Shown here: one piece after another, positions 1-12,039 of the stretch | Position numbering within the stretch: position 1 is the stretch's first letter | Layout of the letters: each line of letters opens with the position of its first letter | NCBI RefSeq assembly: GCF_009914755.1 | Contig: NC_060929.1 | Source of the DNA: the human T2T-CHM13v2.0 reference genome, Homo sapiens | DNA length: 64,000 nucleotides | Strand: one strand, 5' to 3' | The notes under the pieces: generated by a model | The model's database searches: none | What the model saw: the letters and a program-made list of their open reading frames with translations, nothing else | Told to the model about the DNA's origin: nothing | Translations under genes and position numbers: made by a program

Positions 1-400
1 TTATGAAGCATTTTCTATATGTTTTCTTCTAGTAGTTTCATTGTTTTGGGTCTTCCATTTACGTCTTTAATCCATTTTGAGTTGGTTTTCGCATATGATG
101 TGAGATACAGGTCTACTTCATTTTTCTGCATGTGGATATCCAGTTTTCCCAGAACTATTTATTGAAGAGAGTGTCCTTTATCCATTGTGTGTTCTTAGTC
201 CGTTTGCCAAAAATTGGTTGGTTGTAATTGATTTATTTTCGTGTTCTGTATTCAGTTCCATTGGTCTACATGTCTATTTTTATGTCAGTACCATGCTGTG
301 TTGCTTACTGTAGCTTTGTAGTGTATTTTGAAGTCAAGTAGTGTGATACCTCCAGCTTTGTTCTTTTTGTTAAAGATTGCTTTGGTTATTTGGGATCTTT
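1..400 (-). mobile_element. LINE-1 (old L1M/L1PB-type) ORF2 3' portion, antisense; continues off the window to the left
   Basis: Reverse complement matches L1 ORF2, e.g. aaagaacaaagctggaggtatcacactacttgacttcaaa (compare the L1 copy at 50060-50095). Confidence 0.9.
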
Positions 401-1483
401 CCTTCACTGCAGAAGTCTACCAAACATTTAAAGAACTAATGCCAATTATACTTAAACTATTTCAAAAATATGAAGAGGAGAGAGTACTTGCAAACTCATT
501 CTACAAGGCCAACACAACCCTGATGTGCAAACCAGACAGAAATAAAATGAAAACAGAAAACTGCAAATCGATATCCCTTAGATGCAAAAATTCTCAGCAA
601 AATACCAGCGAACCAAATTCAAGAGCAAATTAAAAGGATTATTCACTGTGATCAAGTGGAATTCATCTCAGTGATGCAAACAGGGTTCAACATATGTAAA
701 TCAATAAATGTAACACATCACATTAACAGAATAAGGGACAATAACCATATAAGCATTTCAATAGAATCAGAAAAAATATTTGAAAAAATTCAACATCCCT
801 TTCCAATAAAAACTCTCAATAAATTAGATATAGAAGGAATTTACCTCAACACATTAAAGTCCATATATGACAACTAACTTTTCTCTGAGTGGAGAAAACT
901 TGAAAGCGTTTTCTCTAAGATCTGGAACAATTCAAGGATGCTCACTTTTACCACTTCTATTCAATGTAGTACTAGACGTCCTAGCCACAGAAATTAGTTT
1001 AAGAGAATGAAATAAGTCATCAAAATTGGAAAGGAAGAAATTAAATTGCCCCTATTTGCAGATGACTTGATCTTATACATAAAAACCCTAAAAATTTCAC
1101 TAAAAAAACTGTTAGGACTAACAAACAAATTCAAAATGTTACAGAATACAAAATCAGCATAAAATTAGTATGATTTCTATACAATTATAATTGATGGACT
1201 ATTTGAAATAGAAATTTTTAAAAGTCCCATTTACAATAGCTACAAAAAATACTTAGAAATAAATTTAACCAAAGAGGTGAAAGATCTTTACACTAAAAAC
1301 TATAAAACATTGATAAAAGAAATTGAAGGAGACACAAATAGATGGAAAAATATTGTGTTCATGGATTGGGAGAAGTAATATTGTTAAACTGTCCATACTA
1401 CCCAAAGCAATCTACAGATTCAATGCAACCCTTATCAAAATGCCAGTGACATCCTTTATGGAAATAGAAAAGAATCCTAAAAT
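401..1483 (+). mobile_element. LINE-1 ORF2 reverse-transcriptase region; inverted 5' segment of the same insertion
   Basis: Broken ORF2 peptides ([56 protein letters not shown]) and ctatttgcagatgac (FADD motif); many stops and frameshifts. Confidence 0.92.
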
Positions 1484-1560
1484 GTGTGTGTGTGTGTGTG
1501 TGTGTGTACATATATATACATATATTTTTTTGCATGTATATATATATATATGTACATATA
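1483..1560. repeat. (TG)n/(TA)n microsatellite
   Basis: Directly visible dinucleotide runs. Confidence 0.95.
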
Positions 1561-2529
1561 TTTTAGAAACATGCTCATGAGCTTTATTGGTTTTAGTCTC
1601 TGTTCTCTCTTTATTTATCTGAATAATAAGTGGTTTGTGTAACCAAAGGGATCAGGAATAACCTGGATTGAGGAAAATTCAATGGGAAAATTGATGTCTG
1701 TGTCCCTGAAATTGCACATTGACTTTAAAGAATAAATAGAACAATATTTCATCCAAATTGGCTTTGGTCTGCTAAGCTTAATGTAGTTGGAACTTAAAAG
1801 CACACAGAAGATAGCAATTCTACCATTTACCTAGGATATTTTGGTCATTAAAATATCTGTGGGTTCATATTTGGAAGAATCTTAATTGACCCTCAAAGGC
1901 ATATTGGCTATGGTCATTGAAATGCATTTAAAATGGAAAGTAAGAAAAATCATACTTTTGTCAAAATCCAATCATTTTAGAAAATCAGGCTTAAATATAG
2001 ACACCACTCTCTTCCTGATGTGATAATTTTTTTTTCTATTAAGGTGATAGATTTAAGAGTGTTCTAGACAACTCTTAAATGAGCTGACCACTTTAGTAGT
2101 TAGGTGGTTGTTCTGATATACCTCACTTAAAGCAGATGTTATTTATGAAATTTGGATTTAAAAAATATAGAGAGATTATATACTCTACAAAAATCTCTAC
2201 TTTATTCCTTTATTAAACATTAATCTCCTCTTATGTGTCAAAAATATTATTCAGACTTTCAGAATAAATTTACAGGTTAAAACTTGATTGATCAGAAACC
2301 GACAATTAGAACTTTAAACTGTTTATGATTTTTTTCTCTATAGTCTAGTTTTATAACAAAGAAGAAATTGCAGGAAAAAAAACACTGATTTCAGGAGTTT
2401 ACTTATACATTGATTTACATTTACATATTCCATTACATATTTACAAAGCAGATTGGTTTATGCCTAATCTTTCTCCTTTCCCTATTTTCCTTCCTCCCTT
2501 CCTTGCTTTCTTTCCACTTTAGTCTTCCG

Positions 2530-3490
2530 AATTCATAAATATTTACTGAATCTCAACTGTGTCCTAAGCCTGTGCTACACATCAGGGATATAGTGGTAAA
2601 CAAGACAGGCCAAGTTCTAGGCTGGATGGTGGCTGGGGTCTGCTGGGGTATAAACAAGCCATCTGGGAATTCTCTACTTCTGTCCTCCTGTCCTGCTGCA
2701 AGAAAAGTACTGAGTGCTCAGGGACTATAAAGAAGAAAAACCTTACTTAGAGTTGGAGGTTAGGTCAGGTCAAGCTGAGGTCTGAGGTAGGTCAGGTCAA
2801 GCTGAGGTCAGTAGCAGTTGCCTGCGAGGAAGTTGCCTGCCAGGAAGTAGCACTTGCCTGCCAGGAAGGGCAGAAGGGAGTCTTTAACCAGGAGGGCATG
2901 GCAAATGTAAAGGCCCACATTTAAAACAGAGAATACAGCTTTTGCGGAATTGCAAACACTTAGATAAGATTGAAAGAAAATTCTGGAGAGTCAGCAGGAG
3001 GAGGGTAAGAATGGAGACCAGGAGATTAATTTATTAGAAGGCTGTTACAGTTATCAGAGGAGAGATCATACGACCTTGACCTGCTGTGGTGGCAATTGGG
3101 ATGGAGCCTAGTAGTTGACTTCCAAAGGTAGAATCAATAGATGTCTTCGAAGAGTGAGTTCATGTGTATGTGTATTTTGGGCCTATGGAAAGAGAGAGGA
3201 GAGGGAGGAGTCAAGGATGGCTATAGGATTTCTGGTTTTGGTAAATGCGATGATATCATGATACCTGAGATGCAAAACACAGGAGGAGCAGGAAGTGCAG
3301 GAGAAATTGTGAGTTCAGCTTAGTGAGAAATTAGAGTCAAAATGAGTAGGAGACAGTTAGCTATATGATTCTGAAATTAAGAAGAGAAATCATGATTGAA
3401 AATCAGAACTGGGGGTCATCAGCATAAAGATGTTTATTAAAGAAATGAGAGTGAGCAAGGCCACTTAGGAAAAATGTGAGAGTAAGATGA
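2530..3490 (-). mobile_element. L2 LINE relic (3' part)
   Basis: Begins attcataaatatttactgaa...tgtgctacacatcagggatatagtggtaaacaagacag, the antisense L2 3' end, followed by a purine-rich L2-like body. Confidence 0.7.
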
Positions 3491-6089
3491 GGATATAACT
3501 GGATACCTGTTCATTCTGCTCATCAGTGAATTGTATACACTGATACTTCCCACATCTTCCAACACATGTATACAAGGAATTGCCAACATTCTTCTTATGG
3601 GGCTTCTTCCATATGTAAATGTAAATATGAAGATGTAAATGTAACCTGTAGAGATTTCAGATTATGACTCCCACCACCATGATCTGTGCCCTAGGACCTT
3701 CCGTAGTGTATTGTAGGGAGGGCTACTTTGGAGAACTTTCCAGATGCCTGCCTAGGTGAACACAGGGTCCTGGCCCCATTAGTGACTGGGCTCAAGCCAC
3801 ACAAAAAGCATGTTGACAGAGTTCTTCACTGAGTTTTTTCCTGAGTGTCACAGAGGTATGGAGAGTTTTAAAAAGACTCAAACTCTTTGGATCCAAGTTT
3901 CTTTTAAAACTGCCGCTTTCCCTGTGCATGGTAACAGCAGTCACATTCAGTTATCAGGTTTCATCCTGGAAAGAGAAGGTAAGATGATCTCTGCTTCCAA
4001 GTTCATGTAAATTGACCATTCTTTTTTCTATAGAATTCCTTTCTCATGGTCTGCTAACTTTTAGGGCAAAGTGCCAGACTTTTAATTTTAAACTCAACGT
4101 CAATTTATTCTAGCAAAAAGCTAATGGCACACATGCATGTGTAGGACAGCAAGATGCACATGCATGTGTAGGAAGATGTGGGAAGGGCACTGCACTTGCT
4201 AACTATAAAACCAACCAAGTTCATAGTAAATAAAATTGCCCACCTTTATTTCTTGAAAAACTTACATGTTTTTGAGAACACACAAAATTGTTGAGAGAAA
4301 GAAAATAGCTCATTAGTAGCACTGCTAAAAATATCAACCAGAATAAAAGGCAGCCGTTTCTTGTGGTTGCATTCATTCAAGTTTCCAGACAAATTACAAA
4401 CTATACAGTGATTCCCTTGGGACTTTTGCCTAAACTGGAGTTTGAAAATTCATTTTCGGGAAAATGGCTTTAAAATACTGTGAACACTAAACCAAGACTA
4501 TATAATCCAGGTTGGTAAAATAAGTATTCGAAAGATACATAGCCAAATAAATTCAAAAGGAATAACTAAAAGTAAAAAGAAATGTAAAAAAACAAGGAAA
4601 AGTGGCTAGGCCAGAAAATGGTCAGGAAACTAGGATTTTGCTTGCATGACAGTAAACGTTGCCAGTTAAATTACATTGTCTGTTCAATTCCAGTACATGT
4701 CTACCTCAATAAAATGCTGTGAAGATTAAAATGTGTGTGTTCAAATCCTTGCAAAAAGCCAAGATGAAAGGTACTGTATATAAACAAAGCATTTGTATTG
4801 TTTAACCATGGCTAAAAGCCCAAGAGTGTCACAAAAAAGCATCTTCCCACAGGAAAGAACTTTAACTAACTTCAAAGAAAGAGATACAAGTACTTAGCAT
4901 AACTGACACATCCCCAGTTTTCCTCTTCTATAGGTTTCCCAATGTTCTTTTAACAATTTCCTGAATTCCTGAACAATTAAAGAATATTCTCTACTTTAAA
5001 AAATGAGTTTGTTTTAAACATACCACTGGATTCAGTGTTTTTCTTTTAGTTCTCTACAATGCAACAGCACACTCCTTTGGAGCTGTTGGAGGAATTCCTT
5101 GTATTGCCCAGACCATTCACAAGCATATCCAAGGCCATTCAGATTTTATGTGGGGATAATAAACAATGGAATAGAACTCAGAGCTCAGGGCATCTAAGTA
5201 TAGGCCAAGATTATTAGTGCTATAGGGACCAAAAGTCCCAGCTCCTTAATTTGTAATTTGGCCAATTGTAGGTTTATAACATGGAATCAAGGATAGAGCT
5301 TTGCCACCTGGTACCTGGGCACAAGGTGATTTAATAGTAGTAAACTTGACTACTGCTGGGGCCCTGTTAATAATGTTCTGCAAGGGTGGTATTTGTGCTG
5401 AGTGATGTTCTTTGTTCAGTGTCCAACCAGGAAGGGAAGATTCTTATAAGAGGAGTTTACACAGGAGAGTGGATAAACCAAAGAGAGCATGCCACCAGTG
5501 AAGGCACAGGTAGAAAACATTTAGGCTAGAGAGAGACAGAGAGCTGCAGTATCACATGAACATGCCCATTAACTAATAAGGGTAGTGGCCAGCTTTTCCA
5601 GAATGGATTAGGGGAAAATAAAATCTTTTGCAGAAATTAGTGATAAGCACTCTGAATGTATGAAGTTGATGAACTGTGGGTGATGTTAAGGTCTCTGAGG
5701 GAAGAAGCAGATATTCCTACAAGATGACATGATTACAAGAGAGTTGAGGACAGCCAGGGGACAGGCTCTTCTCTTAGGCACAGGAGATATGGGACATTAT
5801 GAGATATTTAGGGGAAAGAAGAGTACATTGATGTAAAACTCCTTTATATTTTCATGAATTATTTTTTAAAAGTATGAATCTTGATACAGAGTGTTGTTGA
5901 GGCATTCTCACAAATCTGTTAAGACCTTGTTTAAATACAATGACTGAATGTTCCCTAAACCATTATTCAAAAGAGATTATGGTGGCCAGTGGGGATAGAA
6001 CTAGGTAAAAAACACCCTATGAAATTCTGTGTTAAGAAGGTATGCTTATGAAGGAAAGAATTAGGCATTTCAGTCAAGTCCTTTTCTCT

Positions 6090-6215
6090 TTTCTCATCTG
6101 CAAAATAAATTTGGAAAATGGTACTCACCGAGTGACTATTGTAAAGATCAACAGAGATAATGCACATAAAGCTTAGCAAAGAGTGAGCATTTAATAAATA
6201 TTTGTTATGATTACT
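6090..6215 (+). mobile_element. MIR fragment
   Basis: ctcatctgcaaaat...ttgtaaagatcaacagagataatgcacataaagcttagca resembles the MIR core and 3' end. Confidence 0.65.
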
Positions 6216-6311
6216 CACTGTCACCCTCCCACACATGTTGAGTGCATTCTTAAGCATAGACACACAAACCATAACCCAGTTTTGTTTTAGAAAAAAGAGT
6301 GCTGGACAAGA

Positions 6312-6349
6312 AACTATGGATATATACATGAACTATGGATATATACATG
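6312..6349. repeat. Perfect 19-bp tandem duplication
   Basis: aactatggatatatacatg x2. Confidence 0.95.
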
Positions 6350-7909
6350 AAAGCAGTGTATAATTGGTTTTGAAAGAAATAGGGATTATTTTTCTTCTCC
6401 TAACACAACAGATTGAATTAACTTATTTCAATGATGCATAAAGACAATAAACTGCCTGTGGTATTTTCCATTTTGAGGAGCGAGTTCTACCTTTGAATGG
6501 TATCTGATTAATTTATGGAAAAAGCGTTTTTATTCCCTTCATATGTATTTTTTATTTACAGTGATTCTATCTCATGCCAAACTAAAAAACATTAAATAGT
6601 CAACATTCCTGTCAGATAAGAGAATTCAATTGTAAGATTCATATCCTGGTTATGTTAGCAGCAAGAAAACATTTTTCAGAGCCTGTTACTCACATTACAC
6701 ATAACCTTTAAAAAGCTATGCCCATTTTGTAGCAAGAAAACTTGGTAGCAATTTGTGCTGGAATTAGCATGGACGATATTTTGTGTTCCTCAGGCTATCT
6801 CCTGGCATTTTCCCCTGTTCCCTACTGGGTAAAAAGTTTTCTTTGGGCTATAATAATTGAGAAGGAAATTTATTACAGCACAATTGAGTCTTCCTTCATC
6901 AGTTTTCACTGAGACATGGCTATATTTTCATCTTCTTCTCTGACTCTCTGCCAAATATAAACTCAGTTTACATGAGAGATTTAGAAACAATTACAATCCA
7001 TATGCTTTTCACTACAGAAGTTGGTAAAGGGCTTTGAAGGAGAGGGTGGCTGCTTAGTCCTAACAAATAGCTCCTCTATTCATTCCCTTTAACAGCAAGA
7101 ACTGGTCAGTGGCTGCTCAAGGCATATTACATTAATGGCATTAGGATTATTAATTGACAGCACAATATTTCTACTCAGCATATTCCTCCTGTGTTGTACA
7201 AATACCTGCTGGCAACACAGAGTTTGCAAAGGTTGCTGGCAGCAGCTGCCACGTGTGATTGAAAGAACAATCCCAAGTTGCTATTCAGGGACAATGATTT
7301 GAAATGGGACCCAGTAAAAAAGCTAAAGCAGTTTGAAGGTGGCAGACAATAGCAGTTTCATGTGTATATAATTGTATAGCCAGTAATCCCAGCACTCAAC
7401 TTGTATGGAAGGCAACAGGGAATGTCTTAGTTCATAGCCTTCGCCTGATTTTTCAGCTGGGTAAGAAAATTGTCCAGCTACCTAGTTTAAAGTCGCAACA
7501 GGTGGTAGAAAAAGGCTTACCTGTACCTTGCAAAATCAGCGTCACTAACAGTGATGATTTATTCAGCCTATAAATAACCTTTTTTTTTATTGTTTCTCAC
7601 TGTGAGTTTCACATCATTTTCTGAATTTCTTTCACGATATCTACAGATTTTCCAGTATTTAATTAAAAGAGCTTCACATTTCTATGGTGTACATACTCCC
7701 AGGTGCCTGGGCATCAAGAGGGTTTGGAAGGGTCTAGCGGAACAAAAAATTATTTGATTCTTGTGCCAAACCCTACAGTGCCTTGCCTCAGCAAAAGTAA
7801 ATGGAGGTAAATACTACAATAAGCTCCTTTGACTTTCAAGGAGAGACCACTCTCCGCTTCTGTGGTTAAAGATAAGGTATTCTGAGGAAACGTTGTCATA
7901 ACATCACAA

Positions 7910-8060
7910 AATAATGATGACAATGGATACTTGTTGAATTCTCACTAAGATTCAAAATGAATACACCTTAATGCTCTGAGTTATTTAAACCTTATGGGAC
8001 GTCCATGGTGAGAACACTTTTATTATTCTCATTTTACATATGAGGAAACTGAGGCTAGCA
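7910..8060 (-). mobile_element. MIR fragment
   Basis: tattattctcattttacatatgaggaaactgaggct, antisense MIR core. Confidence 0.75.
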
Positions 8061-8419
8061 AGAAACAGAAAGAAAGACAAAGTTAAGCCAGACTAGCATT
8101 GGTGCCTATATATTTAGTCATTTTTGACCTGAGTTTCTGTTATATTGGACTGCAAAACAGAACATGACTACTCATGATTGCATTTTTGCTTGGCAGCAGA
8201 GATTACATAAACTATCTTCTACTTCCTATTTGTAGAAATTTGAGGACATTAAAATTAAGTCAGCTTAACCTATGAAGTTTGTTTAGTTCTGCCCATAGCA
8301 CACTCAAGATTCTTTAGGGCATTTCTGTAGCTGCTTATTTTTTGGTAGCATATACAAGACAGTCTTTTTTAGCAATGCTTTTGGATAATGACACATAAAT
8401 TGTGAGGACAAAGGGCATA

Positions 8420-8820
8420 GAGAATGTGTGAAACAATGGTTGTAGGCATTGGATAACAGACAGTGCATGACAGTGATCCCAGAGAAAAGGGAAACAAATA
8501 AGGTGAGCTCTGCAATTGCCCCAGCTTGCTCCCTAGAGAGAGTTTCCAGGTCATAGTGCAAGACCCAAAGAGAGTCCAGAAGCCTCCTCAAAACGAATTG
8601 TGAATTTGGGGAGATCAAGATGGCTAGAATTTTCAGGCACAGTCCTAGAGTGGAGAGCTTCAAGGATAGGAAGAGACTGAGAGAAAGAGAAAGTGGGGAG
8701 AGCTATTCTGGAGATGTGCAGAGTGCTACCTTCAAGTCTTTAGTTGAGTATTAATGCATGCAAGTGAGAAAACTACCAAGAACAGGGAAAGGAGGAGGAA
8801 GAATAACTTCTGTAGTTTCT
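8420..8820 (+). mobile_element. Ancient L1M 5'-region fragment
   Basis: acagtgatcccagagaaaagggaaacaaataaggtgagc...agagagagtttccagg resembles L1MC/L1MD 5' ends as recalled. Confidence 0.45.
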
Positions 8821-8824
8821 AACA

Positions 8825-9000
8825 CTTTTGAGGACACATGTCATTGGCTTTAGAGCCCACCCAGATAACCTAGGAAAATCTCATCTTGTGATCTTTCACT
8901 TACATCCATACAGACCCTTTTAAAAAATGAGGTCACATTCGCAGGTCCTAAGGAATAAGCATAAACATTTCTTTTGTGGGGCACCATTCAACCCATTACA
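8825..9000 (-). mobile_element. MLT1 (MaLR) LTR fragment
   Basis: gcccacccagataacc...gaggtcacattcgcagg...accattcaacccattaca. Confidence 0.7.
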
Positions 9001-9004
9001 ACTG

Positions 9005-9234
9005 TATACTGTATGATTCTATTTATATGAAAGTCTAGATAAGGCAGAACTGCAATGATAGAAAGCTAGCCTGTGGTTCCTGGGAACCAGGGAGTTGGGG
9101 GAAGAGATTGACTGCAAAGGGACATGGGGGACATTTTTAAGGTGGTAGAAATGTTCTTTATCTTGATTGTTTTGGTTGTTGCATGTCTGTTTATAGTTGT
9201 CAAACTCATCAAATTGTATGCTTAATGTTGGTGA

Positions 9235-9288
<54 letters not shown>

Positions 9289-9305
9289 TACCTTAATAAG
9301 GCTGA
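9005..9305 (+). mobile_element. L1ME-type 3' end containing a (TA)n microsatellite at about 9238-9286
   Basis: tatactgtatgattctatttatatgaaagtctaga...gaaatgttctttatcttgattg...tgtcaaactcatcaaattgta. Confidence 0.75.
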
Positions 9306-9549
9306 ACAATACAATGAAAATACAAACAAACAAAATACCCAACATCATAAATACCATTCACGAGTCGATAGAAATTGATCTGAGAGTGCAACAAGTCAGG
9401 GGACTGACTCTAGAAAAGTCAGGGAAACTTTTAGGAATCAGAAGTATTTGACCTACTGTTCAAAGAAAAGTAGGTGAAAAAGAAGTTGTAGTAGAACCTT
9501 TGGCAATAGATGCACCTCTCCCTGAGTGGGGATTATTCCTCTCTTCCCT

Positions 9550-10390
9550 TTTTATAAATTTTAAATTTTTGTAGGTACACAGTAGGTGTATATATGTATG
9601 GGATACGTAAGATATTTTGATACAGGCATGCAATACATAATAATCACATCAGGATAAATAGGGTAGCCATCTCCTCAAGCATTCTTTGTGTTACAAAGAA
9701 TTCAATTATACTCTTTTAGTTATTTTTTAATGTACAGTTAAATTATTTTGACTATAGCCACCCTGTTGTGCTATCAAGCACTAGGTCTTACTCATTCTAA
9801 AAATTGGGTTTTGTACCCATTAACCATCCTCACCTTCCCCCATCACTCCCCACTATCCTTCCCAGCATCTTGTAACCATCTTTTTATTTTCTGTCTCCAT
9901 GAGTTCAATTTTTTGATTTGTAGATCCCACAAATAAATGAGAACATATGATGTTTGTCTTTCTGTGCCTGGCTTATTTCACTTAACGTAATGACCTCCAG
10001 CTCCATCTACGTTGTTGCAAATGACAGGACCCCATTGTTTTTTATGACTGAATAGTACTCCATTATGTATCAGTACCACATTTTTTTTATCCATTCATTT
10101 GTTGAGGGACTCTTAAGATGCTTGCAACTCTTGGATATTGTCAACAGTGTTGCAGCAAGCATGAGAGTGCACATACCTCTTAGATACATACTGATTTCCT
10201 TTCTTTTGGGTATATACCTAGCAGTGGGATTGCCGAATCATATGGAAGCTCAATTTTTAGTTTTTTTGAGGAACTTCCAAACTGTTCTCCATAGTGGTTG
10301 TACTAATTTACATTCCCACCAACATTGTACCAGCATTCCCTTCTCCACATCCTTTCCAGCATTTGTTATTGTCTTTCTTTTGGACAAAAG
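9550..10390 (-). mobile_element. 5'-truncated L1MA2/3-like element with TSD
   Basis: Antisense L1MA 3'UTR (gtaggtgtatatatgtatgggatac...caggcatgcaatacataataatcacatcagg); flanks cctctcttccctttt / cttcccttccctttt. Confidence 0.85.
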
Positions 10391-10701
10391 CTTCCCTTCC
10401 CTTTTGATGCTGTGTGTTTGTGTGATTGGCTTTGGCTAACTCCTAGTGAAAGCTTCAGTACATGGTGTAATCTGCCATGCTCTTTTTTCTCCTAGTTCCT
10501 TCAACAAACAATACTTCAGATAATGCCTATTCTATCCACCTGGGGCCCAGAGTAAGAATGAAAGTGTTGCAGAGCTGGGCCCCTGGTCATCTCATGATGG
10601 CATGTCTCATGAGTGAGAAATAAACCTTGCTTAATTTCAAGCCACTGAGATTTTTGGATTATTTGCTTCTGCATTTTAACTTATTATATCCTAATTGATC
10701 C
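10391..10701 (+). mobile_element. MLT1J/K-like LTR, 3' part, interrupted by the L1MA
   Basis: catgagtgagaaataaaccttgcttaatttcaagccactgagattttgg, the typical MLT1 3' end. Confidence 0.7.
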
Positions 10702-11343
10702 ATCATGTAAGAGTGATCTAGGAAGAATGCCAATGAAGGCAAAGAGGTTTGGAGATTAAGGAGTATTAAGTTTGATGTGTTTGTAGTGTAGAAGCATGGA
10801 GCACGGTGGCAGGGAAACAAACTGTGAGATTCATTGAATGTCAAGTTAAGTAATTGCAATAATTTCTTTTTCTTGAAAATGGGGAGCCATTCAAACTTTT
10901 AATCAGAAAAATAAAATTAAAAAGAAAATGTTAACTAGCGATAGTGTTGACAATGCCCACAAAAGGAAAACAAAGGTTGAGCAGTTCTCCATCCAGTAAG
11001 TTGAAGGTTGGAAGTGTGTGTTTGTGTGGATCATTTTAGCGTTCACAAGAGTTAATACAGATGTATGAACTTTATATTCTATAAATTTTCTATTATATAT
11101 ATTTCATAAACTTTTTGCCTGCACAATTTTTTTCATTTTTATGTTCTCTTTATCTCTGTGTGTGATGGTAATAAAGTTGAGTTTTCAAGGCCATTTATCT
11201 CATACCTCAGGATTGTAGCAAAATTTGGTGACTCTCTCTCTGGTATTATCAATTATTAAAAACATTTCTAAAGTATTATTAATGCCTAAAATAGTCACTT
11301 GCTATCAATTATATAAGTCAAAAAGAATATGTAAGATACATAT

Positions 11344-11720
11344 TGATATGGTTTGGCTTTGTCCCTGCCCAAATCTCATCTTGAACTGTAGTTACCATAA
11401 TCCCCATGCATCATGGGAGGGACCCAGTGGGAGGTAATTGAATCATGGGGGCAGTTACCTCCATGCTCTTCTAGTGATAGTGAGTGAGTTCTCACGAGAT
11501 CTGATAGTTTTATAAGGGGCTTTTCCCTAACTTCACTTTGCACTTCTCCTTGCTGCTGCCATGTGAAGAAGGATGTGTTTGCTTCCACTTCCACCATGAC
11601 TGTATGTTTCCTGAGGCCTCTCCAGCCATGCAGAACTGAAAGTCAATTAAACCTCTTTCCTTTATAAATTACCTAGTCTTGGGTATGTCTTTATTAGCAG
11701 TGTGAGAACAGACTAATACC
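11344..11720 (+). mobile_element. THE1D/THE1C-like solo LTR
   Basis: tgatatggtttggct...agactaatac termini; 5-bp TSD CATAT at 11339-11343 and 11721-11725. Confidence 0.92.
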
Positions 11721-11724
11721 CATA

Positions 11725-11815
11725 TACTATGTTGTTATGTATATTTACAGTTTATATATATATATAGTTTATATATATAGTTTACATATATAGTGTATGT
11801 GTTTGTGTATATAGT
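11725..11815. repeat. TA-rich low-complexity tract
   Basis: Repeats of agtttatatatatat. Confidence 0.8.
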
Positions 11816-12039
11816 GTCCATTGGCAGCCCCTGCCGAGGGACTCGGCACTAGATTATTTCTCATAGAGAGATTACTGGGCTTTAACTAAAGCCTGGTTAT
11901 TTTGCCTCTCTGGATGTAGCTGATAAGGCTACAAATGTGCACCTGGACCAACGGCAGCAAATATGGCCAGGAGCCCAAGGGGAGGATGGACATGACAACT
12001 GAGACTGACTGTTATTTCTTTGCAGATCATTATTTTTCC

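Noticed and set aside
2413-3626. 16-bp inverted repeat atttacatttacatat / atatgtaaatgtaaat
   Set aside because: Low-complexity AT-rich periodic motif, plausibly chance.
5040-5215. Acceptor-like ttcttttag followed by short open frames
   Set aside because: No matching donor and no recognisable peptide.
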